Positions 10,346-19,836 of a DNA stretch of 64,000 nucleotides are shown here, piece by piece. The first letter of the stretch is position 1. The number at the start of each line of letters is the position of its first letter. Below the pieces are notes generated by a model. It was not told where the DNA came from and searched no databases. It saw only the letters and a list, made by a program, of their open reading frames with translations. Origin of the DNA: Armatimonadota bacterium (GTDB taxonomy: Bacteria > Sysuimicrobiota > Sysuimicrobiia > Sysuimicrobiales > Humicultoraceae); assembly GCA_037443565.1 (NCBI GenBank), contig JBBIOB010000005.1:25019-89018 (forward strand), in the 5' to 3' direction. Position numbers and translations under genes: made by a program.

Positions 10346-11239
10346 GTGGCCCTGCTCTCGGTCATCCTGCCGATCATCATCCTGATCGCAGCGGGCGCGG
10401 CGCTGGCGCGCTACACCGCGGTCGAGACGCGATCACTCTCGCAGGTCACTATCTACCTGCTCACGCCGAGCCTGGTGTTCACCGCGCTGGTGAAGACAGA
10501 CTGGCAGGCCGCGGGCGGCCACCGTCTGATCACGCTGATGGTGGTCCACTTCGTCCTGCTGCTTGTTCTCGCCCACCTGGCTGGCCGGCTGCTCCGGTTG
10601 CCCAGGGAGGAGCGCAGCGGCCTGTCGCTCGCCCTGGGGTTCTACAACGCGGGCAACTACGGGCTGCCGGTTGCGCTCTTCACCTTCGGGCAGGAGGGGT
10701 TCCGCCTGGCCACGGTGATCTTCGTGATCCAGGCAATCGTGACACAGTCGGTGGGCGTCTATCTGGCGTCGGCCGGGCGCAACGCGCCGTGGAGGGCGGC
10801 GACCGATGTGTTTCGCCTGCCGTTGATCTACGCGGCGATCTTCGGGCTCCTGATCGGCCAGATCCACTGGTCGATCCCCGACCCGGTGTGGCGGCCACTC
10901 GAGCTGATGGGGCAGGGGGCGATTCCCATGCTGCTCATCGCGCTGGGCGCGCAACTGGCCCAGACCAGGGCCACGGTCGTCACTCCGCCGCTCGGCATCG
11001 CCACGGCGCTGCGCCTGGTCGGCTCGCCGTTGCTGACGCTGGCGCTCCTGCCGATCTTCGGCCTGGCCGGTCTGCCCGCGCGCGTCGCGCTGCTCTCGAC
11101 GTCGATGCCGACCGCGGTCAACGCGTTCCTGCTGGCCGCGCAGTTCCAGACCGCTCCGAGGTTCGTGGCGAGCGCCGTGTTCCTCTCGACGCTCGTGAGC
11201 TTCGTGACGGTCTCGGTGATCGTGGCGCTGGTCCGATGA
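10346..11239 (+). CDS. AEC (auxin efflux carrier) family transporter
   Basis: About 10 TM helices; NAGNYGLP and MPTAVN motifs. Confidence 0.88.
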   Translation: MALLSVILPIIILIAAGAALARYTAVETRSLSQVTIYLLTPSLVFTALVKTDWQAAGGHRLITLMVVHFVLLLVLAHLAGRLLRLPREERSGLSLALGFYNAGNYGLPVALFTFGQEGFRLATVIFVIQAIVTQSVGVYLASAGRNAPWRAATDVFRLPLIYAAIFGLLIGQIHWSIPDPVWRPLELMGQGAIPMLLIALGAQLAQTRATVVTPPLGIATALRLVGSPLLTLALLPIFGLAGLPARVALLSTSMPTAVNAFLLAAQFQTAPRFVASAVFLSTLVSFVTVSVIVALVR

Positions 11240-12477
11240 CCGGCGACCGCGTGACGACCCCGGGCGACGCCCGGCCGGTCGCCGGGCAAGATCTGGCCGC
11301 CTACTCGGCGGCGGCGAGGGTAAGGATCCGGGCGCCCATCTGGCTCCGCATGGCGGTGATGGCGCTCGCGCACTTCACCAACGACCTCTACGCGGCGTTC
11401 CTGTCGCCGCTGCTGCCCCTGGTCGTGGTGCGGTTCGACCTCTCGCTCGCGCTGGCCGGCCTGCTGGGGACGAGCTTCAACTTGGCCGCGGCGTTCTCGC
11501 AACCGCTCTTCGGGGTGGCGGCCGACCGCATCTCCCGGCCGGTCTTCACCGTCGCGGGCCCGCTGATCACCGTCCTGATGATGGGCCTGCTGGGTGTCGC
11601 CCCATCGTATGAGGCGATGCTGGTGGTATTGCTCGTGGCCGGCATCGGCACCGCGGCGTTTCACCCGCAGTCGTTTGCGCTCGCGGGCGCGGTCAGCGGG
11701 GATCGCCGCGGCACCGGGGTGTCGGTCTTCGTGGCGGGCGGTGAATTGGGGTACGCCCTGGGCCCGCTGTACGTGGCGAGTGTCGTGACGGCGCTCGGGC
11801 TGCGGGGGACGATGGTCGCCGTGGTGCCGGGGCTCGTGGCCTGCTTCATCGGCTGGTGGCACGTCCGCTCCTGGCAGGTCGTACAGCGGCGTCCCGACGT
11901 GGGGTGGCGCAGCGACGCGCGCCGCCATGGCAAGGTCTTTGTCCTCCTCTGGTTCATTGTCGTGCTCCGGAGTGTCATCGCCCTCGCGCACATTCTCTTC
12001 CTGCCGCTGCTGCTCCGACAGCAGGGCGAGTCGCTGATCCTGGGCGGGGCCGCGGTGTTCCTGTTCGGCGGGATCGGGTCGATCGGCGGGCTGGTCGGCG
12101 GTGCGCTCTCCGACCGGATCGGTCGGCGTGCCGTGATGGCCATCTCGCTGATCGGCGCCGGGCCGCTGCTCCTACTGTTCGGCATGGTGCAGGGCCCCTG
12201 GACGCTGCTACCGCTCGCGCTCGGCGGGTTCGTCCTCTACCTGGGGGCGCCGGTGAACATCGTGATGGCGCAGGAGATGCTGCCGCGGCGGGCCAGTCTG
12301 GCCAGCAGCCTGGTGACGGGTATGGCCTGGGGCGTCGCGGGCCTCTCGCTCACCGCGATCGGAGCCATCGCCGACCGCATCGGGCTCTCGGCCACGCTGA
12401 TGGCGTCGGTGGCCCTGGTCGTGCCGGCGCTCGTGGCGGTCTGGGCCCTGCCGGCGAAATCTCGGTCCGAGCCCTGA
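11236..12477 (+). CDS. MFS transporter (Fsr-like)
   Basis: HFTND, QPLFG..ADR, AAFHP and LSDRIGRR motifs. Confidence 0.88.
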   Translation: MTGDRVTTPGDARPVAGQDLAAYSAAARVRIRAPIWLRMAVMALAHFTNDLYAAFLSPLLPLVVVRFDLSLALAGLLGTSFNLAAAFSQPLFGVAADRISRPVFTVAGPLITVLMMGLLGVAPSYEAMLVVLLVAGIGTAAFHPQSFALAGAVSGDRRGTGVSVFVAGGELGYALGPLYVASVVTALGLRGTMVAVVPGLVACFIGWWHVRSWQVVQRRPDVGWRSDARRHGKVFVLLWFIVVLRSVIALAHILFLPLLLRQQGESLILGGAAVFLFGGIGSIGGLVGGALSDRIGRRAVMAISLIGAGPLLLLFGMVQGPWTLLPLALGGFVLYLGAPVNIVMAQEMLPRRASLASSLVTGMAWGVAGLSLTAIGAIADRIGLSATLMASVALVVPALVAVWALPAKSRSEP

Positions 12478-12483
12478 TTCCGG

Positions 12484-12726
12484 CTAACCGCCGCTGACCG
12501 GCGTCACCACGCAGGTTGTCGTCCGCGTGACGCCCGGCGTCTCCTGAAACCGGGACACGATCAGCCGGCCCAACGTGTCCATGCTCTCGGTCTCAACGTA
12601 GGCGATGATGTCGGTGGGTCCGGTGACCGCATGGGCCATCTTCACGCCGGGCGTCCGCTGGATCTGCGTGAGCGCCTCGGAGAGCTTGCCGGGCAGGATG
12701 CGGATCAGCACGTACGCCTGGACCAC
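12484..12726 (-). CDS. stand-alone Lrp/AsnC ligand-binding domain protein
   Basis: AYVLI...VTGPTDII...GVTRTTTC pattern, 80 aa. Confidence 0.85.
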   Translation of the reverse strand: MVQAYVLIRILPGKLSEALTQIQRTPGVKMAHAVTGPTDIIAYVETESMDTLGRLIVSRFQETPGVTRTTTCVVTPVSGG

Positions 12727-12763
12727 GGTCGTCTCCTCCGGTTCGGGGTGCCTTCGCTGCGAC

Positions 12764-13027
12764 TCACAACGACGCCAGGACGCCGACGAGCAAGTTCCCC
12801 ACCATCTGTAGGAGCAGGATGGCGATGATCGGCGAGAGATCGAGTCCGCCGACCGGCGGCATCACACGTCGGATCGGATCGAGCACCGGAGCGGTGATCT
12901 GGTGCACGATCTGGACGAGCGGGTGGCCGTAGCCCAGTCCGGGAACCCACGAGAGGATCACCCGGACCAGGATGAGTAGGCTGAGCACCCTGATGATGAG
13001 TCGCACGAGCTCGGCGAGTTCCAGCAT
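12764..13027 (-). CDS. YggT family membrane protein
   Basis: RVILSW...ITAPVLDPIRR..PP.GGLDLSPI motif. Confidence 0.9.
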   Translation of the reverse strand: MLELAELVRLIIRVLSLLILVRVILSWVPGLGYGHPLVQIVHQITAPVLDPIRRVMPPVGGLDLSPIIAILLLQMVGNLLVGVLASL

Positions 13028-13213
13028 CGGCCTCCCCCTGCAGGAACGGATGCCGCGCACGCCATATCGGGCGTTACAGAGATATTCTGCATCCGGTAGG
13101 GGCGACCCTGGCGTCACCTGGGGCCGATCGCGGTCCGGGTACGACGTGGGCCCGAAGGGTGGCGATGGACCCCGTGTCGAACTGGCACGCAGGTCTGGCG
13201 GTCCCGAGGATCT

Positions 13214-14422
13214 ATGCCGCGCAAGTTGTACCACGCCGACAGCTACCTGCGCTCCTGCGATGCGGTCGTCACGGCGGTCAGGGACCACGTGGGATCGGGC
13301 GGCGCGGTGGCGCTGGACCAGACCGTCTTCTACCCGGCCTCGGGCGGGCAGCCCGCGGATCACGGCACCATCAGCGGCACCTCGGTGACAGATGTACAGG
13401 AGGAGGATGGGGACATCTGGCACGTCCTCCAGATTCCGGCTGTTGAGGTTGGTGCGCGGGTCGTGGCCGCCATTGACTGGGACCGCCGGTTCGACCACAT
13501 GCAGCAGCACACCGGCCAGCACATCCTATCCGCCGCCTTCCTGCACGCCCTCGGCGCCCAGACCCTCTCGGTGCACATGAACCGCACCTGTACGCTCGAC
13601 CTGGCCGTTCCTACGATCGATCCCGATGCCTTCGCGCGCGTTGAGCACATAGCCAACACCGTCGTCATGGAGAACCGGCCGGTTACTACCCGGGAGGTTG
13701 ATGACGACGAAGCAGCCGCCCTGGACCTGCGCCGCCCGCCCAAGCAGACCGGCCTGATCAGGGTCATCGAGGTGGGGGACTTCGACCGGTCGGCATGCGG
13801 GGGGACCCACGTCCGGGCCACCGCAGAGGTGGGGCCGATCGTGATCCGCGGATGGGAGCGGTACAAGGCCGGGGTGCGCGTCGAGTTCCTCTGCGGGTGG
13901 CGCGCGCTTGCGGATTACCGCCGGATGCGCGCGCTGATGCGTGACGTGACCGGACGCCTGACAACCGGTGAGGACGACGCGACGGACGCGATCGGACGGC
14001 TGCAGGAGCGTGCGCGCAGACTCGAGCGGGATCTCGAGGCGGCGCGGCGGGCGCTGCTGGAGCGTGAGGCCGAATCGCTCGTTGCCGCGGCCGCGCCACA
14101 CGGCGCGGCCGCGATGAGGGTCGTCGTGCAGGCGTTCGCCGGCCGCTCCGTGGAGGACCTGCGCGCGCTCGCGCGGGCCATCACCGCCCTGCCGGACGCC
14201 GTGGCCATCCTGGCCGCCGATCCCGACCGCCGCCTGATCGTCGCGCGGGGCCGCGGCGTGGAGATGGACAGCTCCGATGTGCTCCGCGCGGCCCTGGCCC
14301 TGTTCGGCGGCCGCGGGGGCGGCCGCGCCGATGTCGCCGAGGGCGCCGCGCCCGCGGCGCCCTCGGCTGAGCATCTCGTAGACGCGGCGCACGCCGCCGC
14401 GCTCGCGCGCCTCGTGCCGTGA
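13214..14422 (+). CDS. AlaX-type trans-editing enzyme with DHHA1 domain
   Basis: DQTVFYP.SGGQP.D, MQQHTGQH, ACGGTH and C-terminal GRGGG. Confidence 0.9.
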   Translation: MPRKLYHADSYLRSCDAVVTAVRDHVGSGGAVALDQTVFYPASGGQPADHGTISGTSVTDVQEEDGDIWHVLQIPAVEVGARVVAAIDWDRRFDHMQQHTGQHILSAAFLHALGAQTLSVHMNRTCTLDLAVPTIDPDAFARVEHIANTVVMENRPVTTREVDDDEAAALDLRRPPKQTGLIRVIEVGDFDRSACGGTHVRATAEVGPIVIRGWERYKAGVRVEFLCGWRALADYRRMRALMRDVTGRLTTGEDDATDAIGRLQERARRLERDLEAARRALLEREAESLVAAAAPHGAAAMRVVVQAFAGRSVEDLRALARAITALPDAVAILAADPDRRLIVARGRGVEMDSSDVLRAALALFGGRGGGRADVAEGAAPAAPSAEHLVDAAHAAALARLVP

Positions 14423-15591
14423 AGCGCGCCGACCCGCACGCCCTGGCCGATCTCCTCCAGCGTCTCGTGGCCATCGATTCCACGAACCCCTCGCTCGTTC
14501 CGGGCGCGCCGGGCGAGGGTGAGGCCGCGGCATTGCTCGCGCGCGAGTGCCGCGCCGCCGGCCTCGAGGTGCACCTCGAGGAAGCGGCGTCCGGCCGGCC
14601 CAACGTCGTGGCCCGACTGCGCGGCCGCAAGCCAGGCCGCCGGCTGCTCCTGAATGGCCACACGGACACGGTCGGCGTCGAAGGCATGCGCGAGCCCTTC
14701 GCGGGCGTCGTTCTCGGTCGCCAGCTCTTCGGCCGCGGAGCCTATGACATGAAGGGCAGTCTGGCCGCCATGGTCGAAGCTGGCCGCCTGCTCGCCGCCG
14801 AAGGCCTCCAGGCCGGAGAGCTCATCCTGGCATTTGTGGTGGATGAGGAGTACGCGAGCCTCGGCGCGACCGATCTGGTGCGGCGGCACGCCGCAGCCGA
14901 GCTGGCCGACGCGGCGATCGTCACCGAGCCGACCGGGCTGGAGGTGTGCGTTGCCCACAAGGGCTTCGTGTGGGCGCGCATCGAGACAACCGGGCGCGCC
15001 GCGCACGGCAGCCGGTATCTCGAGGGCGATGACGCCATCGCCCGCATGGGCCATGTCCTCATGGCCCTCGACCGGTTCGATCGTGAGACCCTTGCGCAGA
15101 GGACACACCCGCTGCTGGGCCGGGCATCGATGCACGCCTCGACCATCAGCGGCGGCCTCGGCCTCAGCACCTACCCCGATCGCTGCACGCTGGAGATCGA
15201 GCGGCGCACTCTGCCGGGCGAAGCCGATGCACAGGTCGCCAGCGAACTCGAGGGTCTCCTCGAAGAGGCCCGGCGCTCATCACCCGGCCTCACGGGGCAT
15301 ATGACGCTGCTGCTCACCAGGCCGCCGTTCGAGGTCCCCGTCAACACGTCGGTGGTGCAGACGTTGCTCGCCAGCATCCGTCACGTCCGCGGACAAGAGC
15401 CCGCGATCATCGGCGATTCGCCGTGGTTCGACGCGGCGCTGCTCGGCGCAGCCGGCATTCCCACCGCGATGTTCGGCCCGGCGGGCGCCGGCGCCCACGC
15501 GGCCGAGGAATGGGTGGATTTGTGGTCGGTCGCGACCTGCGCCGACGTGTTGGTCGAGACCGCGCGGCGGTTCTGCACAGCCACGCTGTGA
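14419..15591 (+). CDS. ArgE/DapE family M20 deacylase
   Basis: NGHTDTV, GRGAYDMKG, DEE, EPT and GRAAHGS motifs. Confidence 0.9.
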   Translation: MKRADPHALADLLQRLVAIDSTNPSLVPGAPGEGEAAALLARECRAAGLEVHLEEAASGRPNVVARLRGRKPGRRLLLNGHTDTVGVEGMREPFAGVVLGRQLFGRGAYDMKGSLAAMVEAGRLLAAEGLQAGELILAFVVDEEYASLGATDLVRRHAAAELADAAIVTEPTGLEVCVAHKGFVWARIETTGRAAHGSRYLEGDDAIARMGHVLMALDRFDRETLAQRTHPLLGRASMHASTISGGLGLSTYPDRCTLEIERRTLPGEADAQVASELEGLLEEARRSSPGLTGHMTLLLTRPPFEVPVNTSVVQTLLASIRHVRGQEPAIIGDSPWFDAALLGAAGIPTAMFGPAGAGAHAAEEWVDLWSVATCADVLVETARRFCTATL

Positions 15592-15734
15592 GGATCACGC
15601 GGAGGCCGCGGTCGCGCAACCAGGCGTAGGGCGTCGGAACAGAGGCGGCGGCTGCGCCGTTGTCGATGTCAGGCGCCCTCATGGCAGCACGCCGGGGCGA
15701 CCTCAAATGTGGCATAATAGCGGAGTGTCCGCCG

Positions 15735-16463
15735 ATGGATGATGTGACTTTCGTTCTGGCGTTTGCCGCAGGCGTCTTGGGGTTCTTGAGCCCCTGCGTC
15801 GTGCCGCTGATTCCGGGCTATCTGTCGTTTGTCTCCGGGCTGTCGCTGGCCGAGATGTCGCTCGCCGAGCGCCGGCAGCATCTCGGGCGCGTGCTGGTGG
15901 CCACGAGCCTCTTTGTCTTGGGATTCGCCTCTGTCTTCACCGCGCTGGGTGCCTCCGCGTCGGCGTTCGGCGGGCTGATCCTTGACAATCGGCTCCTGCT
16001 GACGCGGATAGGCGGCGCTCTGGTCATCCTCCTGGGGCTGGCGGTGCTGGGGATCATCAAGGTGCCGGGACTCTACCGCGAGCGCCGTTTCCACATGGAG
16101 CGCCGTCCCCTGGGCCTGCTCGGCGCCTTTCCGGTCGGCATGGCCTTCGGGTTCGCGTGGACGCCGTGCGTCGGCCCGGTGCTGACCGCGGTGCTGACGC
16201 TGGCCGCCGCCTCGCAGACTGCGGCTACCGGAGCGGGGCTGCTCTTCGCCTACTCCCTGGGTCTGGGGCTGCCCTTCCTGGCCGCGGCCGTCCTGCTGTC
16301 CTCGGCCTTCGACACCATCGGATGGCTGCGCCGGAACGCGCGTCCGGTCACCGCGGTGAGCGGGGTCTTCCTGCTCGTCATGGGCGTGGCGATGGTGACC
16401 GACCTGCTGTTCAGCCTGAACGCGTGGATCCTCCGGCTAGTGCCCTTCCGGCCGGTCATCTGA
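15735..16463 (+). CDS. ccdA: cytochrome c biogenesis / thiol-disulfide transporter CcdA
   Basis: FLSPCVVPLIP and WTPCVGP cysteine motifs. Confidence 0.9.
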   Translation: MDDVTFVLAFAAGVLGFLSPCVVPLIPGYLSFVSGLSLAEMSLAERRQHLGRVLVATSLFVLGFASVFTALGASASAFGGLILDNRLLLTRIGGALVILLGLAVLGIIKVPGLYRERRFHMERRPLGLLGAFPVGMAFGFAWTPCVGPVLTAVLTLAAASQTAATGAGLLFAYSLGLGLPFLAAAVLLSSAFDTIGWLRRNARPVTAVSGVFLLVMGVAMVTDLLFSLNAWILRLVPFRPVI

Positions 16464-16497
16464 GACGCTGCGGCATCTCATGCGGAGAGAACGGATC

Positions 16498-17880
16498 ATG
16501 AGACGAACGCTCGCCGACCTGCGTGGCCGGTTCCTGCCGGTGGCGCTGCTGCTGCTCGCGGTCACGGTGCTTCCCCTGGCGGTCACGCCGCCGGCGCAGG
16601 CATCGGACGCAGGAGTGGTCCTCGAGGCGCTCACGATCCTGCGCGACCGCTATGTCGATCCCGTGGATACCGTCACGCTGCTCAACGGCGCCGTCGCCGG
16701 GCTCCGTGCCACCCTGTCCGCGGCCGGTGTGCAGGTGGAGCTGGCGGACATCGCGCCGGGGACGCCAGTTGCCCAGGGCGAGGCCGCGTTCCGGGCCCGC
16801 TTCGCATCGGCGCTTGCCGCCGGGGGAGGCCGCGTGCAGACAGCGGCGCTCGCCCACAACGCGATCCGCGGAATGACGGCGCCGCTCAACGACTCACACA
16901 CCGCCTTCATCACCCCTGAGCAGAACAGCGAGCGGCAGGCGCGCCAGCGCCGCCAGGCCGCGTTCTCCGGAATCGGCGTGGTGCTCATGCCGCGCGAGGG
17001 CCGGTTCTACATCCGCGATGTGATCCCCGGTACCCCAGCGGAAGCCGCGGGCGTCCAGGCGCTCGACCGCATCGTGCGCATCGACAACGTGCCGACCTCA
17101 GGTCTCCAGACCGACCAGGTGGCGGGCCTGATCCGCGGGCCAGCCGGAACCTCGGTGTTCCTGATGCTCGACCGGCCGGGGCGCACGGAGGCGGTTGGCG
17201 TCTCGGTCACCCGGGCGCCGATCGAGGTCCCGGCCATCTTCCAGGCGCGCGTGCTCGAGGACGGGGTCGGCTACCTGCAGCTCTACCAGTTCGTCAGCCG
17301 GACAGGCGCGGACTTCCGCCAGGCCCTCGACCGCATGCTGAGCGCCCGGATGCGGGCGCTCGTCCTGGACCTCCGCGGGAACAGCGGCGGGTTCCTGCAC
17401 GAGCTCAACGCCGTGCTCAACGCGCTGCTGCCGCCGGGTCGGCCCGTCTACCAGGAGACCACCCGTGGAGGGCAGACGCGCACCGTCCGGACGTCGGGAG
17501 TGTCGGTGCTGCCGTCGCACGTCCCGACGGTGATCCTCATCGACGAGGGCAGCGCCTCGGCCGCGGAGTTACTCGCCGCGGCCCTCCAGGAACAGGGCCG
17601 CGCTACGCTGGTCGGCGCTCGGACCAGCGGCGCGGTTGAGGCCAGCGTCGTCATCGATCTGTCGGATGGCTCCGCGCTCAGCGTGACGACGATCCGGCTC
17701 GCCTCCGGCCAGGGCCGGCGCCTGGAGGGCGTGGGCGTGTCACCAGATATCGCGGTGGCCACGAGCGTGGCCGAGCTCGACAGGGGTCGGGATGCGCAGG
17801 TCCAGCGCGCCTTCGAGCTTGCGCGTCAGCGTCTCGGCCTGAGCCAGAGCCAGCCCGTGCGTCCAGCAGCAGTGCGGTAA
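16498..17880 (+). CDS. S41 C-terminal processing peptidase with PDZ domain
   Basis: Signal peptide; FSGIG PDZ, LDLRGNSGG and SASAAE motifs. Confidence 0.9.
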   Translation: MRRTLADLRGRFLPVALLLLAVTVLPLAVTPPAQASDAGVVLEALTILRDRYVDPVDTVTLLNGAVAGLRATLSAAGVQVELADIAPGTPVAQGEAAFRARFASALAAGGGRVQTAALAHNAIRGMTAPLNDSHTAFITPEQNSERQARQRRQAAFSGIGVVLMPREGRFYIRDVIPGTPAEAAGVQALDRIVRIDNVPTSGLQTDQVAGLIRGPAGTSVFLMLDRPGRTEAVGVSVTRAPIEVPAIFQARVLEDGVGYLQLYQFVSRTGADFRQALDRMLSARMRALVLDLRGNSGGFLHELNAVLNALLPPGRPVYQETTRGGQTRTVRTSGVSVLPSHVPTVILIDEGSASAAELLAAALQEQGRATLVGARTSGAVEASVVIDLSDGSALSVTTIRLASGQGRRLEGVGVSPDIAVATSVAELDRGRDAQVQRAFELARQRLGLSQSQPVRPAAVR

Positions 17881-17888
17881 GCGGATCC

Positions 17889-19772
17889 ATGCTCCCGGCA
17901 GGACGGCTGCGCGACAAACTCATCGTGTCCAACGGCAAGGGCGTCCAGGTCTACCGCGACCTGGCAGGCGCCTATCGGTTCGATCGGTTTGAGCTGTACC
18001 TCGATGCCATCCACCCCGATCCCGCCTTCCCGTCGGCGCGGGCGCGGGTCCGGGTCGACCAGGCCGAAACCCAGATCCCTCGGGTGCTGTGGGAGCGGCC
18101 GACATCGCGCCTGGCCGCCCAGGACTTTCTGGCGCGCGCATTCCGCAACGCCTTGAGCCGCCACAGCCGGACGCGGTGGTCGGGACGCGTGACGCCGCTT
18201 GTGGTGGACGCCGGCGGTCAGGAGATCCTGCCTCGCACCTGCTGCACGATCGAAGAGGAGTTCGTCGAGATCCGCTTCACCGTCGCCCTGCCGGCCGAGG
18301 GCCGCAAGGTCCTGGCGAGACCGGCACAGGCGATGCTCCTCGAAGAGCTGTCGGCCGCGGTGGAGGCCGGGCTCCTGTGGGCGAACCTGGACCAGGCCGC
18401 CGGCCACCGCCACTGCGAGACCTATGAGGACTACCTCGCCCTGCGCGAGGCGCTGCCCGGGCTCGGCCTCGTGGCCTTTGTTGCCGATGGGTCCATTCTC
18501 GGGCGCGACACCGGGCCGGGCGACCGACCGCTGCGCGGCGGCCGCGCCGTCGCCACCCGCGCGCCAGAGGAGCTCGCGGTGACCGTGACGCTGCCCCACC
18601 GCGGGCCGGTCAGGGGGCTTGGGATCCCGCGGGGGGTCACCATGATCGTCGGAGGCCTCTACAGCGGCAAGTCCACCCTGCTGGCGGCTCTCGCCAGCGG
18701 CGTCTACCCGCACGTCCCAGGCGACGGCCGCGAAATGGTGGCCACGGTCCGCGACGCGGTGGCGGTGCGCGCCGATGTCGGCCGCCGCATTGAGCGCGTG
18801 GACGTCAGCGCGTTCGTCCACGCGCTGCCGCACAGCCACGACGTCACGTCACTGTCGATGGAGCGCGCCACCGGGACGCTCTCGATGGCCGCCGCGGTCG
18901 CCGAAGCCCTCGAGGTGGGCACCGGCCTGCTCCTGTTCGACGAAGACGACAGCGCGATCGCGTTTGTGGCCCGCGACGCCGTCATGCAGCGCCTCATCCC
19001 CGGATCCCGCGACGCCTTCACGCCGCTGGTCGAACGTGTGCGGACTCTCTGGGCGCAGCACGGCGTCTCGTCGGTCATGGCGACCGGAGGATTGGGAGAG
19101 TACCTGGACGTCGCGGACACGGTGATCATTGTCGAAGGCTTTCAGCTGAGCGCCGCGACGGCCCGCGCGCGGGAGCTGGTGGCCGAGCATCCCGTCCTCG
19201 ACCGGACCGCGCCTCTGCCGTTCCGCCCGCCGCTGGCGCGCTGTCCGCTGACCCGCGGGCTCGGCGGGACGAAGGGGCGCGGGCTGCGGGCGGAGATGCG
19301 GGGCCGCGATGCGCTGGGCATCGGGCGCGATGTGGTCGACCTCGGCGCGCTGGGACAGCTCGTCGACCACGCGCAGGCGCGCGCCGCCGGGGACGCGGTC
19401 CTCCATGCCGTGGAGAAGGACTACGTGAACGGGCAGGCCTCGGTGGCCGAGGTGCTCGATCGGGTCTTCGCCGACATCGACGCGTCGGGGCTCGGCGTGC
19501 TGGCCACGCGGAAGGGTGAGGAGGCCGACTACGCCCTCCCGCGCCGCCACGAGGTTGCTGCGGTGCTCAACCGCATGCGCTCGCTGCAGGTCCGGGTGCG
19601 CCGCCCGGCGGACGAGCGCGCAACCCCGGCGGCGACGGAAGGGCCCGTGGACCTGAATCCGCTCCCCGCGCACACGGACCCCGCACCGACGGATCCCGCC
19701 CCTGCGGATCCGGCCACGAGCTCCGCACTCACGAATCCCCCGCCGATCTCCGCACCCAGCGAGCCCGTCTAA
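17889..19772 (+). CDS. ABC-class ATPase domain protein (ABC_ATPase family), divergent
   Basis: GIPRGVTMIVGGLYSGKST, GVYPHVPGDGRE, LLFDED and PRRHEVAAVLNR motifs; Pro-rich tail with xDPAP repeats. Confidence 0.82.
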   Translation: MLPAGRLRDKLIVSNGKGVQVYRDLAGAYRFDRFELYLDAIHPDPAFPSARARVRVDQAETQIPRVLWERPTSRLAAQDFLARAFRNALSRHSRTRWSGRVTPLVVDAGGQEILPRTCCTIEEEFVEIRFTVALPAEGRKVLARPAQAMLLEELSAAVEAGLLWANLDQAAGHRHCETYEDYLALREALPGLGLVAFVADGSILGRDTGPGDRPLRGGRAVATRAPEELAVTVTLPHRGPVRGLGIPRGVTMIVGGLYSGKSTLLAALASGVYPHVPGDGREMVATVRDAVAVRADVGRRIERVDVSAFVHALPHSHDVTSLSMERATGTLSMAAAVAEALEVGTGLLLFDEDDSAIAFVARDAVMQRLIPGSRDAFTPLVERVRTLWAQHGVSSVMATGGLGEYLDVADTVIIVEGFQLSAATARARELVAEHPVLDRTAPLPFRPPLARCPLTRGLGGTKGRGLRAEMRGRDALGIGRDVVDLGALGQLVDHAQARAAGDAVLHAVEKDYVNGQASVAEVLDRVFADIDASGLGVLATRKGEEADYALPRRHEVAAVLNRMRSLQVRVRRPADERATPAATEGPVDLNPLPAHTDPAPTDPAPADPATSSALTNPPPISAPSEPV

Positions 19773-19826
19773 GTCTACACGCGTCCGGTGACCTGCGGCG
19801 GCCAGAGGGTGCGGAGCCCGACGGAA
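19773..19826 (+). pseudogene. possible remnant of the integron integrase (intI) 3' end
   Basis: Translates as VYTRPVTCGGQRVRSPTE, in register with the typical IntI C-terminus (I)YTHVLNRGGRGVRSP(LD). Confidence 0.45.
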
Positions 19827-19836
19827 GGGGTACCGC

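Noticed and set aside
19660-19720. DPAP-coding repeats, and the PT repeats at 55910-56030, as DNA repeat elements
   Set aside because: Low-complexity protein linkers within CDSs
19764-19773. CCGTCTAAG resembling the complement of GTTAGACGG at 21712
   Set aside because: Lacks the invariant AAC, lies upstream rather than downstream, and is simply the ATPase stop region
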